A stretch of DNA of 64,000 bases, from positions 1,056,001 through 1,120,000 of the forward strand of contig CAWDTA010000002.1 in NCBI GenBank assembly GCA_963805085.1. The letters run 5' to 3'. Source of the stretch: an uncultured Veillonellaceae bacterium. GTDB lineage: Bacteria; Bacillota; Negativicutes; JARBTT01. The position numbers and the translations under genes are program-made. Below are positions 1 through 15,000 of the stretch, piece after piece (within the stretch, counting starts at the first letter, position 1; every line of letters starts with the position of its first letter). The notes under the pieces were generated by a model. That model saw only the letters and a program-made list of their open reading frames with translations, ran no database searches and was not told where the DNA came from.

Positions 1-1
1 A

Positions 2-3000
2 CCAGAGCAAGTTACCATGCTCAATTCTCTAGGGAGTCTTTATACCCTAGGTTATTCAGTGAACTGGAATGAGATTTATCAAGAAGGTGCACGGTGTGTT
101 TGTCTGCCAACTTATCCTTGGCAACGGGAACAATACTGGTTTGAAATAAAAAAACATGCTCCAATGAATACAGCTGCTCCGCAAATTATTTCTGATGACG
201 TGGATCGTTGGTTGTATAAGCTAGAGTGGCAGGCTAAGGAGTCAAATAAAGAAAATTTATTAGTTTCTGATGGTAATGGACAAGGATCTTGGCTGATTTT
301 TGCTCAGCGGGATGGTATCGCTAAGCTGGTAGCGAATCGTTTAAATGAACAGGGCGAAAGAACGATATTAATTTATCCTGGGGAGTTTTTCGAATGCTTA
401 GCAGAAGATGTGTTTAGTATAAGCCCTTCACGAAAGGACTTGGATAAACTTTTACATACGGTATTACATTCTGAACGGGATTTTTGTCGAGGGATTATCC
501 ACGCTTGGAGCATTGGTTCAGTTGACAAAGACAATATAACTACAGCGGATCTGGAAAGGACACAAACTTTGGGATGTTTGCATATTCTCCAGTTAATCCA
601 AGCGATTCATGATTTAAAAATAAACGTTAATGGCAAATGGCCTCGACTATGGCTTATTACAAGAGGCAGCCAAGCAGTTCTGGAAGAGGGAGAGTCTGTA
701 GATTTTACTCAAGCACCTTTATGGGGGCTGGGAAGAACGATTGCTATCGAACAAAAGGAATTGTGGGGTGGCTTGGTAGATTTGGATCCTGAGATTCCAG
801 GAGAACAGGCTGCAGGTATAATATTGGAAGCTATTTCTGCACGGAAAGGCGAGGATCAGATTGCTTATCGCAAAGGAACACGTTATGTAGCTCGGTTGAA
901 ACGCCACAGTTTGTCATGCGAGCGAAATATCCCTTTCTATTGGCAGATAAACGGTACATATTTGATAACTGGTGGACTTGGAGATCTAGGAATGCAAGTT
1001 GCACACTGGATGGTGGAACAAGGAGCTAGAAGACTGATTCTAATGGGCAGAACGGAGCTGCCGCCCCGTACAGCATGGGATAATATTCTTGAAAACGAAG
1101 ATTGTTTGACAAATCAAATCAAGAATATTAAAGAACTTGAAGCTAAGGGAGCTAGTGTTCATTTAGCGGCGGTCGATGTGACGAATGAAGAACAGCTTAA
1201 GAACTTTCTTACAAGTTTTCGTAAAGAAGGGTGGCCACCGATAAGAGGTGTCGTTCATGCGGCAGGAACAGTGGCAGATCAATTGTTGACAGAGTGTGAT
1301 GCCCAAGCTTTTAATAAGGTTTTACGACCAAAAGTGCAGGGAGCTTGGCAACTTCACCATTTACTAAAAGATGTTCCCTTGGACTTTTTTATTATGTTTT
1401 CATCCATCTCAACGGTAGTTGGTTCACCTCGTCTGGGAAGCTACGCAGCGGCAAATTCTTTCTTGGATGCTTTGGCACACTATCGGCGTAATCTTAATTT
1501 ACCAGCACTGAGTATTAACTGGGGCCCATGGGCTCAGATCGGTATGGCGGCGCGCTTTAACATTTTGTCTGCTACGACCAGTATGGGAATAAATCCATTG
1601 TCACCTACGCGTGGGTTACAAGTATTAGATAGTCTAATGAATAAAGATATGACGCAGATGGTGGTCATGGATGTGGACTGGGAACGCTGGCGTATGGTAT
1701 ACCAGCAACTTGGGGAAACTGCGTTGGTTGCTGATTTGCTGTTGGCGGAAAACGAAACGGCAGGAACGATTGATACAATCAACCAAGAAAGCAGTATTCG
1801 TAAGGAAGTTATGACGGCAAATGGCAATGATCGTTATAACCTTTTAGAGAGTTATCTTTGTGAGCAGGCAAGCCAGGTATTGGGAATGTCAAGAGCAAAG
1901 TTGGATATTCATAGCTCTTTAAACAGCTTAGGACTTGACTCTATTATGGCCGTTGAGTTAAAGAATAAAATTGAAAAAACGTTAGGCGTAATGGTTCCAA
2001 TGGTATATTTCTTACAAGGATCAAGTATCGCGGAAATGGTTGTAAAAATTCAGGGATTATTAACAGCAGATTCTGAAATTTCAGTGATTCCTATCGCACC
2101 TAAGCAAGAATACTACCCAGTATCGTCGGCACAGAAACGAATGTTTATTTTAAATCAATTCGAAACGAATGACGTTGTTTATAACAATTTTGTAGCCTTT
2201 AAGGTTGAAGGTGCTCTGAATAAGCAGCAATTTGAGAATGCACTCAACAAACTTATTCAAAGACATGAGACACTACGAACTTCTTTTGAGATCATTGACG
2301 GCGAGCCTGTTCAAAGGATTCATCAAGAAATTAAGTTTGCAATCGATTTTATGCAAGAGGAAAAAGAAGATATATCAGATATTATTCAAAATTTTGTGCG
2401 ACCTTTTGATTTGAGTAAAACACCACTTTTTAGGGTTGGCTTGGTCGAATTGGCTGAAAAAGAGCATGTTGTATTGTTCGATATGCATCATATTATATCT
2501 GATGGTGTGACCGCAGAGATTTTTATAAAAGAGTTGGCTAGTCTATATGAAGGTCAGGAATTACCGGAACTAAGAATCCAATATAAAGATTTTGCAGTTT
2601 GGCAAAGCAGTGACTTCCAAAGGGAAGCCCTAAAGCAGCAGGAGGCATATTGGTTAAAGGCTTTTGCTGGAGAACTCCCGGTAATGAATATGCTAAGCGA
2701 TTATCCAAGACCACTCGTTAGAAGTTTTCAAGGAGAGGTTTTGCGGTTTGCCCTAGACGAAGAAGTGACGGGAGAGTTGAATAAACTCGCTATGGAAACG
2801 GGTACGACTTTATATATGGTACTGCTAGCGGCATATAATGTTGTGTTGTCCAAATATACCGGGCAGGAAGATATTATCGTAGGATCACCAATTGCAGGAA
2901 GGCAGTATGCGGACTTGCATAATATTATCGGTGTATTTGTTAATACGTTGTCGATGCGCAATTACCCTGAAAAAAATAAAAGCTTTTTAGAATTTTTACA

Positions 3001-6000
3001 AGAGGTTAAAGAAAATGCACTCAAAGCTTATGAAAATCAAGATTATCAATTTGAAGAACTAGTAGATAAACTGGATATACCAAGAAATTTAAGCAGAAAT
3101 CCGCTGTTTGACACTATGTTTGCTCTCCAAAATTTAGATATGACGGAAGTAGCAGTTGGAAATTTGAGATTTTCTCGCTATGAATTTTATAATAAGATTG
3201 CCAAATTTGATTTAACCTTAGAGGCAATAGAAAGAAACAATCTATTAGATTTTACACTAGAGTACGATACCAGACTATTTAAGAAAGAAACAGTCGAAAG
3301 ACTCAGAAGACACGTTGTAAACGTATTGAACAGCATCGTAGAAGAGCCACAAATTAAGTTGGCAGACATTGCGCTTGTTTCGGCAGAAGAAAAACGCCAA
3401 ATTCTCGTTGATTTTAACAATACGAAAACAGCTTATCCAAAGGATAAGACCATCCAAGAACTGTTTGAAGAGCAGGTAGAAAAAAATCCGGATCATATCG
3501 CTGTAATCTTTGAAAATCAGCAGCTTACCTATAAAGAGCTAAACAACAAAGCAAACCAATTGGCAAGAACATTAAAGAAAAAGGGCGTAAAAGCAAACTG
3601 CATAGTCGCCATCATGGTAGAACGCTCACCAGAAATGATCATTGGAATTCTGGGAATTCTAAAAGCCGGAGGAGCATATATGCCAATAGATCCGGAATAT
3701 CCAGAAGAAAGAATCAGCTATATGCTAGAAGACAGCAAAGCAGAGTTTATGGTTGCACAGAAATCACTAGAGAAAAAAGTTGTATTTAACGGGGATATTA
3801 TCCATGTAGACGATCCGCAAATATACCATGGTGAAACTGAGAATCTAGTAAAAGAAAATACCTCAAAAGATTTAGCATATGTAATCTATACCTCAGGATC
3901 GACCGGAAAACCAAAAGGGAATTTGACCATGCACTACAATGTAGCCCGTGTTGTAAAAAATACAAACTATATTGATATAACTGGAAAAGACGTACTATTA
4001 CAACTATCCAATTATGCCTTTGATGGATCGGTAATTGATATTTATGGATCATTGCTAAACGGAGCAAAACTAATACTTATTGACAAAGCCTGTGTGCTAG
4101 ATATGAATAGATTGTCCAAGGTAATCGAAAAGGAAAAAGTAACAGTCTTCTTTATTACTACGGCGCTGTTCAATACTTTGGTGGATGTCAATATTGAATG
4201 TTTTAAAAATGTAAGAAAGGTGCTCTTTGGTGGAGAAATGGGCTCGGTAAGTCATGTACGCAAAGCCTATGAATATATGGGAAGCGGCAGGATTATAAAT
4301 GGTTATGGTCCAACAGAGAGTACGGTTTTTGCAACCTGTTATGAAGTCAAGCATATAGATGATGGCGAATTGAGCGTACCAATCGGGAGACCGATAGCGA
4401 ATACCTCTATTTATATACTGGATCAAGGCGGAAATCTACAGCCAATTGGTGCGCCGGGAGAACTTTGTATAGCTGGTGATGGTTTAGCTAAAGGATATTT
4501 AAATAGACCTGAGCTGACAGTTGAAAAGTTTGTAGAAGATCCATTTGCGCTAGGGCAGAGAATGTATCGGACAGGCGACCTTGCTAGATGGTTACCGGAT
4601 GGTAATATCGAATTTTTAGGTCGAATTGATCATCAAGTCAAGATAAGAGGTTTCCGTATCGAATTGGGTGAAATTGAAGCCGAATTGTTAAAACATCCGG
4701 ATATAAAAGAAGCATTAGTACTTGCTAAAAATGATGTAAGTGGCGGGAAGTATTTATGTGCTTATGTCGTAACTGAGCAAGAGCTCGAAATTGCCGAGAT
4801 TAGAGAGCATTTAGCTAAAGGATTGCCTGATTATATGATTCCGTCAACTTTTGTACAACTGGATAAGATGCCGTTGACGCCAAATGGGAAGATCGACAGA
4901 AAATCATTGCCGGAACCGGAAGAAAACATGAGTAGCAAAGCAGAATATGTAGCGCCACGAAATGAAGCAGAAGAAAAAATGACTGAAATCTGGCAGGTAG
5001 TATTAGGAGTAGAAAAAGTCGGCATTGAAGATAACTTTTTTGAGCTTGGTGGTCATTCGTTAAAAGCGATAACTCTCGTTGCTAAAATCCATAAAGTTTT
5101 TGGGGTAGAGGTGCCAATGCAGGAGGTATTTAAAGCTCAGACAGTCAAAGAATTGGTTAAGACAATCAAGAGTTCTGTGAAAAATACCTATGCGGACATT
5201 GAACCAGTAGTTAAGCAAGAGTACTACCCGGTATCCTCAGCGCAAAAGAGGATGTTTATCTTGAACCAACTGGAAACAAATGATACTGCCTATAACATGC
5301 CAGCTGCGTTTAAGGTAAAAGGTTCTTTAGATAAGGAGCAATTTGAAAAAGCTTTACAAAAATTTGTTCAACGACATGAAACTTTACGCACCTCCTTTGA
5401 GCTCATCAATGGAGAGCCAGTACAAAGGGTTCATGAAGAAATTAATTTTACTCTCAATTATAGTAAAGGGGCAGAAGCCAATATAAAACACATTTTTCAA
5501 GCCTTTGTCCGTCCTTTTGATTTAAATAAGGCTCCATTACTTAGAATAGAGCTGGTGGAATTAGATGAAAATAAACACGTGGTGTTGTTTGATATGCATC
5601 ATATCATATCTGATGGCGTATCAGTAGGAATTTTAGTCAAGGAATTAGCAAGTCTATATGAAGGGCAGGAACTGCCGGAGTTAAGAATTCAATACAAAGA
5701 TTTTTCAGCTTGGCAAAATAATTTATTGACTACTGAAAGATTTAAACAGCAGGAAGCGTACTGGTTACAGGCTTTTGCGGGAGAACTTCCGGTATTAAAT
5801 ATGCCAATTGATTACGCAAGACCTCCAGTTAGAAGCTTTGAAGGTGCAGAACTCAATTTTGCCTTGGAAAAAGATCTAACAGAAGCGTTAAATAAACTTG
5901 CCAGCAAAACTGGTACGACCATGTATATGGTGCTGCTTGCGGCCTATAATATAGCACTATCAAAATATACTGGTCAGGAAGATATCATTGTAGGGTCGCC

Positions 6001-9000
6001 AATTGCAGGTAGATCTCATGATGATTTGGAAAATGTCGTCGGGATGTTTGTCAATACGTTGGCAATGAGAAACTATCCAGAAGGGAATAAAGGCTTTCTG
6101 GAGTTTTTACAAGAAGTCAAAATAAATGCGCTTGAGGGCTATGAACATCAGGATTATCAATTTGAAGAACTGGTGGACAAATTGGATATACCAAGGGATT
6201 TAAGCAGGAATCCTTTGTTTAGCACGCTGTTTAGTCTTCAAAATGTGGATATAGCAGAGCTTAAAATAGGAGAATTGCAATTTGTGGCCTATGAGCTTGA
6301 CAATAAGACCGCCAAGTTTGATTTGACCTTACGCGCAATTGAAAAAAATAATCGGTTGGAATTTTCGTTAGAGTATTATAGTAAACTTTTCAAAAAATCA
6401 ACAATCGAAGGATTTGGCAGACACTTTGTTCGTATATTAAGTAGCATTGTGGGTCAACCTGAAAGCAAGTTGATGGATATTGAGATGTTGTCAGAGCCGG
6501 AAAAAAATCAGGTATTGGTTGATTTTAATCATACGCAGACTATCTATCCGATAGATCAAACAATACCAAAATTGTTTGAGGAGCAAGTTGAAAAAGCACC
6601 AAATCATATCGCTGTAACTTTTGCAGAACAGCATCTAACTTATGAAGAGCTAAATAACAAAGCGAATCAATTGGCAAGGGTATTAAGAAATAAAGGAGTA
6701 CGACCAAATAGTATTGTCGGTATCATGGTGGAACGGTCTTTGGAAATGATGATTGGGATCGTAGGAATCCTAAAGGCTGGAGGCGCTTATCTGCCTATTG
6801 ATTCTGAGTGTGGTCAAGAAAGAATAGCGTATATGCTTGAGAATAGCCAAGCTAAAATTCTTCTTACACAAAACGATTTTATTGATAAGGTGCCTGCAAA
6901 CATAGAAAAGATTGACATTGCGGATGAAAGTATTGCTTGTGAGGAAAGTTCGAATGTCAGCATCATGAACCAGCCTTGTGATTTAGCCTATGTTATCTAT
7001 ACATCAGGCACAACTGGAAAACCGAAAGGAGTTATGATTGAACATCATAATGTCATAAATTTGGTTTATGGTTTGCAAGATCGTGTATATAGTGAATATG
7101 ATTCTGCTCTAAATGTAGCGTTACTAGCGCCATATGTTTTTGATGCCTCAGTCAAACAAATTTTCCCAGCCCTTTTATTGGGACATAACTTGTGCATTGT
7201 ACCAGAGAATATGCGATTTGAACGGGCGGGATTACTGGATTTTTATCGTCAAAATAATATTGATATTTCTGATGGAACACCAGCGCATCTTAATGTGTTC
7301 AACTCCATTTCCAAAGGTGAGGAATCTTTAGGTGTCAAAGAATTCTTGATTGGTGGCGAAGCGCTTTCCTACGTATTGGTAGAGGAATTTCTCAATCATT
7401 TTAGCAACTCAAAAATTAAGATTACAAATGTTTACGGGCCTACAGAGTGCTGTGATGTTACTACAGTTCATGCAGTGAATTGTGGTGAAGATCATACAGG
7501 TGATATTGTCCCTATTGGCAACCCAATCGCTAATGTAAAAGTTTATATTTTAGGAAAAAACTTAGAGCTTCTTCCAGTTAACGCGATAGGTGAGGTCTAT
7601 ATTTGCGGACAAGGCGTCGGCAGGGGATATCTAAATAAACCTGAACTGACGGCAGAAAAATTTATTAAAAATCCTTTTGTACTAGGGGAGACAATGTACA
7701 GGACTGGTGATTTGGGCAGGTGGCTATCAGATGGAACCATAGAGTTTTTTGGAAGAATAGATCATCAAGTGAAGATTCGGGGATTTAGAATCGAGTTAGG
7801 TGAAATCGAAGCCCAACTGCTAAAACATAATTCGATAAAAGAAGCAATTGTTATTGCGAAAGAGGATACGAATGGGCAGCAGTATCTATGCGCCTATATC
7901 GTAGCTGAGCAAGTGGTAACAATTGTAGAGCTTAGAAAACATTTGGCTAATGGCGTACCTGATTACATGATTCCGTCAAGTTTTGTGCAGCTTGAAAAAA
8001 TGCCGTTGACCATAAACGGGAAAATTGATAGAAAAGCATTACCGGAGCCAGAGGGAAGAGGAAATCTCGGAAGAGAGTATATAGCACCAAGAAACACGGC
8101 AGAAGAAAAATTGACGGGCATATGGAAGGAAGTCCTAGGGGTCGAAAAGGTTGGTATTGAAGATAACTTTTTTGAACTTGGCGGCCACTCACTGAAAGCT
8201 GTAAATATGGTAGCTAAAATCCATAAAGAGTTTGGGGTTGAAGTGTCGCTTACGGAAGTATTTAAGGCACAAACGGTCAAGGAATTAAGTAAAGCTGTCG
8301 AAGGTGAAGTCCAAGATAATTATGCAGCGATTAAACCAGTCGCCAAACAACAATATTATCCTGTATCCTCAGCGCAAAAGAGAATGTTTATCTTAAGTCA
8401 ATTTGAAACGGCAGATACAACGTATAACATGCCAGCGGCATTTGAAGTAGAAGGTGCTTTAGACAAAAATCAATTAGAGAAAGTATGGAAAAAACTTGTT
8501 CAGAGACACGAAACATTACGAACTTCTTTTGAGGTAATTAACGGTGAACCTATGCAAAGGATTCATGAAGAGGTTGCGTTTACTGTTGACTTAATCCAAG
8601 GAACAAAAGAGGATATACCGAATATCATCAAGAACTTTGTGCGTCCATTTGATCTAAGCAAGGCCCCGTTACTTAGAGTAGGCCTGGTAGAGCTAACCGA
8701 AAACTTGCATGTAGTATTATTTGACATGCATCATATCATATCTGATGGCGTATCTATGAGGATTTTAATCAAAGAACTGACAAAACTTTGTGAAGGGAAG
8801 GAATTGCCAGAGTTAAAGATTCAATATAAAGATTTTTCGGCTTGGCAAAATAACTTGCTGACAACTGAAAAATTTAAAAAGCAGGAAGCTTACTGGCTGC
8901 AAGCTTTTGCGGGAGACCTTCTGGTACTCAATCTGCCAAGTGATTATCCAAGACCAGCGATTCGAAGTTTTGAGGGGGATAGATTGAACTTTGAATTAGG

Positions 9001-12000
9001 CGAAGAATTAACAAAAGAGTTGAACCGACTTGCTATGGAAAATGGCACGACACTGTATATGGTACTGCTGGCAGCTTATAATGTAGTACTATCAAAATAT
9101 ACAGGGCAAGAAGATGTTATTGTAGGATCACCAGTTGCAGGCAGATCACATGCAGATTTAGAAAATATGGTCGGTATGTTTGTAAATACGTTGGCGATGA
9201 GAAGTTATCCAGAAAGAAATAAAAACTTCCTAGATTTTTTACAAGAAGTTAAAGAGAATGCTCTTATGGCATATGAAAATCAAGATTATCAATTTGAAGA
9301 ACTGGTCGACAAGCTGGATATACCAAGAAATTTAAGTAGAAATCCGCTGTTTGATACAATGTTTGCTCTTCAAAATACGGATAATGCTGTACTGGCAATA
9401 GGCGATCTAAGATTTTCTCGCTATGACTTAGACAATGAAATTGCAAAATTTGATTTAACTTTAGAAGCGGCTGAAAGAAACAATCGATTAGAGTTTACGT
9501 TAGAATATGATGTTAAATTATTTAAACAAGAAACGGCGAAAAGAATGGGAAGACACTTTGTTAGTGTATTAAGCAGCATAGTAAGTCAGCCGGAAATCAA
9601 ACTGGCGAATATTGAACTGGTATCAGAAAAAGAAAAGGATCAAATCCTCATTGACTTTAACAATACACAAACAGAGTATCCAAAGGATAAGACCATTCAA
9701 GAATTGTTTGAAGGACAAGTAGAAAAAAATCCAGATCATATTGCCGTAATCTTTGAAAATCAGCAGCTTACCTATAAAGAAGTGAACGATAAAGCAAATC
9801 AATTGGCAAGAACTTTAAGGGAAAAAGGTGTAAAAGCCAATCGTATAGTCGGCATAATGGTAGAACGCTCACCGGAAATGATCATTGGAATCATGGGTAT
9901 TTTAAAGGCTGGAGGAGGCTATATGCCAATTGATCCAGAGTATCCAGAAGAAAGAATCAGCTATATGCTGGAAGACAGCAAAGTAGAGTTGATGGTTACA
10001 CAGAAATCATTAGAGAAAAAAGCTGCATTTAGCGGTAGGACCATCCATTTAGATGATCCGCAAGTATATCATGGCGGCACTGAGAACTTAGTAAAACAAA
10101 ATACCTCGCAAGATTTAGCATATGTGATTTATACCTCAGGGTCTACAGGAAAACCAAAAGGAATTTTGACCATGCATTACAATATAGCTCGTGTTGTCAA
10201 AAATACAAACTATATTGATATAACCGGAAAAGACGTATTGTTACAATTATCTAATTATGCATTTGATGGCTCAGTGTTTGATATTTATGGATCACTGCTA
10301 AACGGAGCGAAACTTGTGCTCGTTGACAAAGAATGTATATTGGATATGAATAGGTTAGCAAAGGTAATCAAAGCAGAAAAAGTAACGATTTTCTTTATTA
10401 CCACAGCATTATTTAATACGCTGGTAGATGTCAATATTGCATGTTTGAAAAATGTAAGAAAGGTGCTGTTTGGAGGAGAGCAGAGTTCGGTAAGGCATGT
10501 ACGCAAGGCTTACGAATATATGGGAAGTGGCAGGATAGTAAACGCTTATGGACCGACAGAAACAACAGTTTTTGCAACCTGCTATGAAGTAAATCATATA
10601 GAAGAGGGGCAAATGACCATACCGATAGGAAAACCGATAGCGAATACCTGCATCTATGTACTAGACAAGGGCGGAAAACTACAGCCTATCGGTGCTCCGG
10701 GGGAATTATGTATTTCTGGTGACGGTTTGGCTAGGGAATATTTAAATAGACCGGAGTTAACAACTGAGAAGTTTGTAGAAGATCCATTTGCATTAGGTGA
10801 GCGAATGTATCGGACAGGCGACCTTGCCAAATGGTTACCGGATGGCAATATAGAGTTCTTAGGTCGAATTGATCATCAAGTCAAGATAAGAGGTTTCCGT
10901 ATCGAATTGGGTGAAATTGAAGCCGAACTATTAAAGCATTCGGCTATAAAAGAAGCATTAGTGCTTGCTAAAAATGATGTAAGTGGTGGTAAATATTTAT
11001 GTGCTTATGTTGTTGCAACTAAGCAAGGTCTCGCAACTACTGAGCTTAGAGAATACTTAGCCAAAGGATTGCCTGATTATATGATTCCAGCAATCTTTAT
11101 CCAGATTGACAAGATGCCGTTGACACCAAATGGTAAGATCGATGGAAGGGCTCTTCCTGAACCAGATGTTAGTATCAATGCGGGCACGGAATACGTAGCA
11201 CCTAGAAATGCAGCGGAAGAAAAATTAGCAAGAGTATGGCAGGATGTCCTAGGAGTTGAAAAAGTCGGAATTGAAGATAACTTTTTTGAACTTGGCGGTC
11301 ATTCGTTAAAAGCTATCACTCTCGTTGCTAAAATTCATAAAGAATTTGGGGCTGAAGTATCGCTACAGGAAGTATTTAAAGCGCAAACAATCAAGGGACT
11401 CATCAAACTCATTGATGGTGCAGTAGAAAACAGTTATGTAGCCATTGAATCGGTGAATGAGCAAGCGTATTATCCGGTATCATCGGCACAAAAGAGAATG
11501 TTTGTTTTGAACCAGTTCGAAACGAAGATTACGACTTATAATATGCCGGCCGCCTTTATGGTGGAAGGTCCATTAGACCGAGAACATTTTGAACAAGTCA
11601 TACAAAAACTTGTTGAACGGCATGAAACCTTACGCACCTCCTTTGCACTAATTGATGGACAGCCGATACAAAGGGTTCATCAAAAAATTGAGTTTACCGT
11701 TGACTGTATGCAAGGAAAAGAAGAAAATGCAGATGAATTTGTTAACGATTTTATTCGTCCGTTTGATTTAGGTAAAGCTCCGTTATTTAGAGTGAAGCTA
11801 GTGGATTTGGCGGAAAACAGGTATATGGTATTGTTTGATATGCACCATATCATATCCGATGGTGTATCCATGGGGATTTTGGTCAAAGAATTAGCTAGCT
11901 TATATGAAGGAGAAGAATTACCGAAGTTAAGAATTCAGTACAAAGATTTTTCGACTTGGCAAAATAATCTGCTGGCAAGCGAAGAAATTAAAAAGCAGGA

Positions 12001-15000
12001 AACGTACTGGCTACAGAAGCTTGCGGGAGAACTTCCGATACTCAATCTGCCAAGTGATTATCCAAGACCACCGATAAGAAGTTTTGAAGGTGAACGATTG
12101 GAATTCATTTTGGGAGAAGAAGTGACAGCAGAGTTAAACAAACTTGCTGGACAAACTGGTACGACTTTGTATATGGTATTGCTCGCAGCATACAATGTGG
12201 TACTGTCTAAGTATAGTGGGCAAGAAGACATCATTGTAGGCACCCCGATTGCAGGTAGATCTCATGCAGATTTAGAGAATATAATCGGGCTGTTCGTCAA
12301 CACGTTGGCGATGCGGAATTATCCAGAAGGCGATAAGAAGTTCTTGGATTTTTTACAAGAGGTCAAAGAAAATGCACTTACTGGCTATGAACATCAGGAC
12401 TACCAATTCGAAGAACTAGTCAATAAGCTGGACATACCAAGAAGTTTAAACAGAAATCCTTTATTTGATACTATGTTTACGCTGCAAAATCTGGATATAA
12501 AAGCACTTAGAATGGGAAATCTGCAGTTTTCAACTTATGAAATTAAAAGCAGAACGGCTAAAATTGATCTGACCTGTCAAGCTATTGAAAGAAATGGCTG
12601 CTTGGATTTTACCTTAGAGTATGATACCAAGCTATTTAAGAAAGAAACAGTTGAAAGACTTAGAAGACACGTTGAAAACGTATTGAACATCATCGTAGAG
12701 CAGCCACAAATTAAGCTGGCGGACATTGAATTTGTATCAGAGGAAGAAAAACGCCAAATTCTTGTTGACTTTAACAATACGAAAAGATCTTATCCAAAGG
12801 ATAAAACTATCCAGAAACTTTTTGAGGAACAGGTGGAAAAGAATCCAGATCATATTGCTGTAATTCTTGAAGAAAGGCAGCTGACTTATCAAGAATTGAA
12901 CAATAAAGCCAACCAATTAGCAAGAAATTTAAGGGAAAAAGGGGTAAAAAAGGACAGTATAGTCGGTATCATGGTGGAACGCTCGCCAGAAATGATTATT
13001 GGGATTGTAGGGATCTTGAAGGCTGGGGGAGCATATTTACCGATTGACCCGAAATATCCAAAGGAAAGAATAAGATATATTCTGAAAGATAGTGCAGCAA
13101 AAATATTGTTGACGCAGGGAAACCTAGCTGATGAGCTGGCGTTCAAGGGTCAAATTATTGACTTAAATGTTCAAGAATTATATCAAGGGGACGATACAAA
13201 TTTATTACCAAGAAATAGTGCGGATGACTTAGCGTATATAATCTATACGTCGGGATCGACAGGGAAACCTAAAGGAGTTATGGTAGAACATCGAGGAATA
13301 GCTAACCTTCAAATATTCTTCAGAGAAAGTTTTGGCATAAATCAGACCGATAGAATTATACAGTTCGCCAGTAGTTCATTTGATGCGTCAGTTTGGGAAA
13401 CTTTTATGGCACTACTTGCCGGTGCAACATTGTACCTAGCGCCGATGAAAGCAATTAATAACTATTTGAAATTCGAAGAATTTATTAATAACAATGAAAT
13501 TACAATAGCAACACTTCCACCAACTTATTTAGCAAATTTGAATCCAGATAAGGTCACTTCATTAAAACGGCTAATAACAGCGGGATCGGCAACAAACTTT
13601 GAGTTATTAAATAAGTGGGGAGAGAAACTGCAGTACGTAAACGCATATGGGCCAACAGAGACGACTATATGTACAACAGTTTGGCAAAACACGGAAGAAG
13701 AAATTACCTCTTCTTCTATTCCAATAGGGAAACCTATCAATAATACCAGGGTATTTATATTAGATGGAAATAGCAAGCTGTTACCTATAGGTATAGCAGG
13801 GGAACTTTGCGTATCGGGTGACATTTTGGCAAGGGGTTATTTAAATAAAGCTAAATTAACAGCAGAAAAATTTGTAGAAAATCCCTATGAGCCAGGAGAG
13901 AGAATGTATCGGACGGGTGACCTAGCTAGATGGCTGCCGGATGGCAATATAGAATTCTTAGGACGGATAGATCATCAAGTTAAGATAAGAGGATTCCGTA
14001 TTGAATTGGGTGAGATTGAAGGGGAATTGATAAAGCATCCGTTTATAAAGGATGCATTAGTACTTGATAAAGAAGATGTAAGCGGCGGAAAGTATTTATG
14101 TGCTTATATCGAGAATGAGCAAGAGCTCGCGATTGCCGATATCAGAGAGTACTTAGCAAAGAAATTGCCTGATTATATGATTCCGTCAACTTTTGTACAG
14201 CTTGGTAAGATGCCGTTGACGCCAAATGGGAAGATTGATAGAAAAGCATTACCAGAGCCAGAGAAACGGCACGGAACTGGAGCAGAGTATGTAGCACCAA
14301 GGAATAAAGGGGAAGAAACTCTAGTACAAATTTGGCAGGATGTTTTAGGAATTGAAAAAGTAGGAATCGAAGATAACTTTTTTGAACTTGGCGGACATTC
14401 GCTAAAAACAATAACCCTTGTAGCCAGAATTCACAAGGAATTTGGTGTAGAGGTATCATTACAAGACGTGTTTAAATTCCAAACAATTAAGGAATTGAGC
14501 AAACTCATTGGAGAGTCAGCTCAACAAACCTATACTGGCATTGAGAAGGTAGACGAGCGGGAATACTACCCGGTGTCTTCAGCGCAAAAGAGAATGTTTA
14601 TCTTGAATTTATTAGAAAATAACGGTACGGCTTATAACATGCCAGCGGCCCTTGAAGTGAAAGGTCTTTTAGATAAAGAGCGGTTTGAAGACGTATGGAA
14701 AAAATTAATTAAGAGACACGAGCCTTTACGCACTTCTTTTGAGCTAATCGATGGAGAAACTGTACAAAGAGTACACCAAGAGGTTGATTTTACGATTGAC
14801 TGTATACAAGGTGATGAAAAAGATGTACATGATATCATTCAAACTTTTGTGCATCCATTTGATTTAAGTAAAGCTCCATTACTTAGAGTGGGGTTAGTAG
14901 AGGTGGATGAAAGCAAGCATGTTGTATTATTTGATATACACCATATTGTATCTGATGGGGTGTCTATAGGGATTTTAATCAAAGAATTGGCAAGCTTATA

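Noticed and set aside
17-19. ATG 17 as the start of the 5289-aa protein
   Set aside because: The frame is open to the window edge and the sequence lies at the end of an AT domain, so the gene starts upstream.
10654-10848. Recurrent minus-strand ORF family (MPSGNHLARSPVRYIRS..., also 22392-22586 and 28635-28829) and similar repeated antisense ORFs
   Set aside because: These are antisense shadows of the conserved A-domain motif YRTGDLA(R/K)WLPDG and other repeated NRPS motifs, with no independent coding signal.
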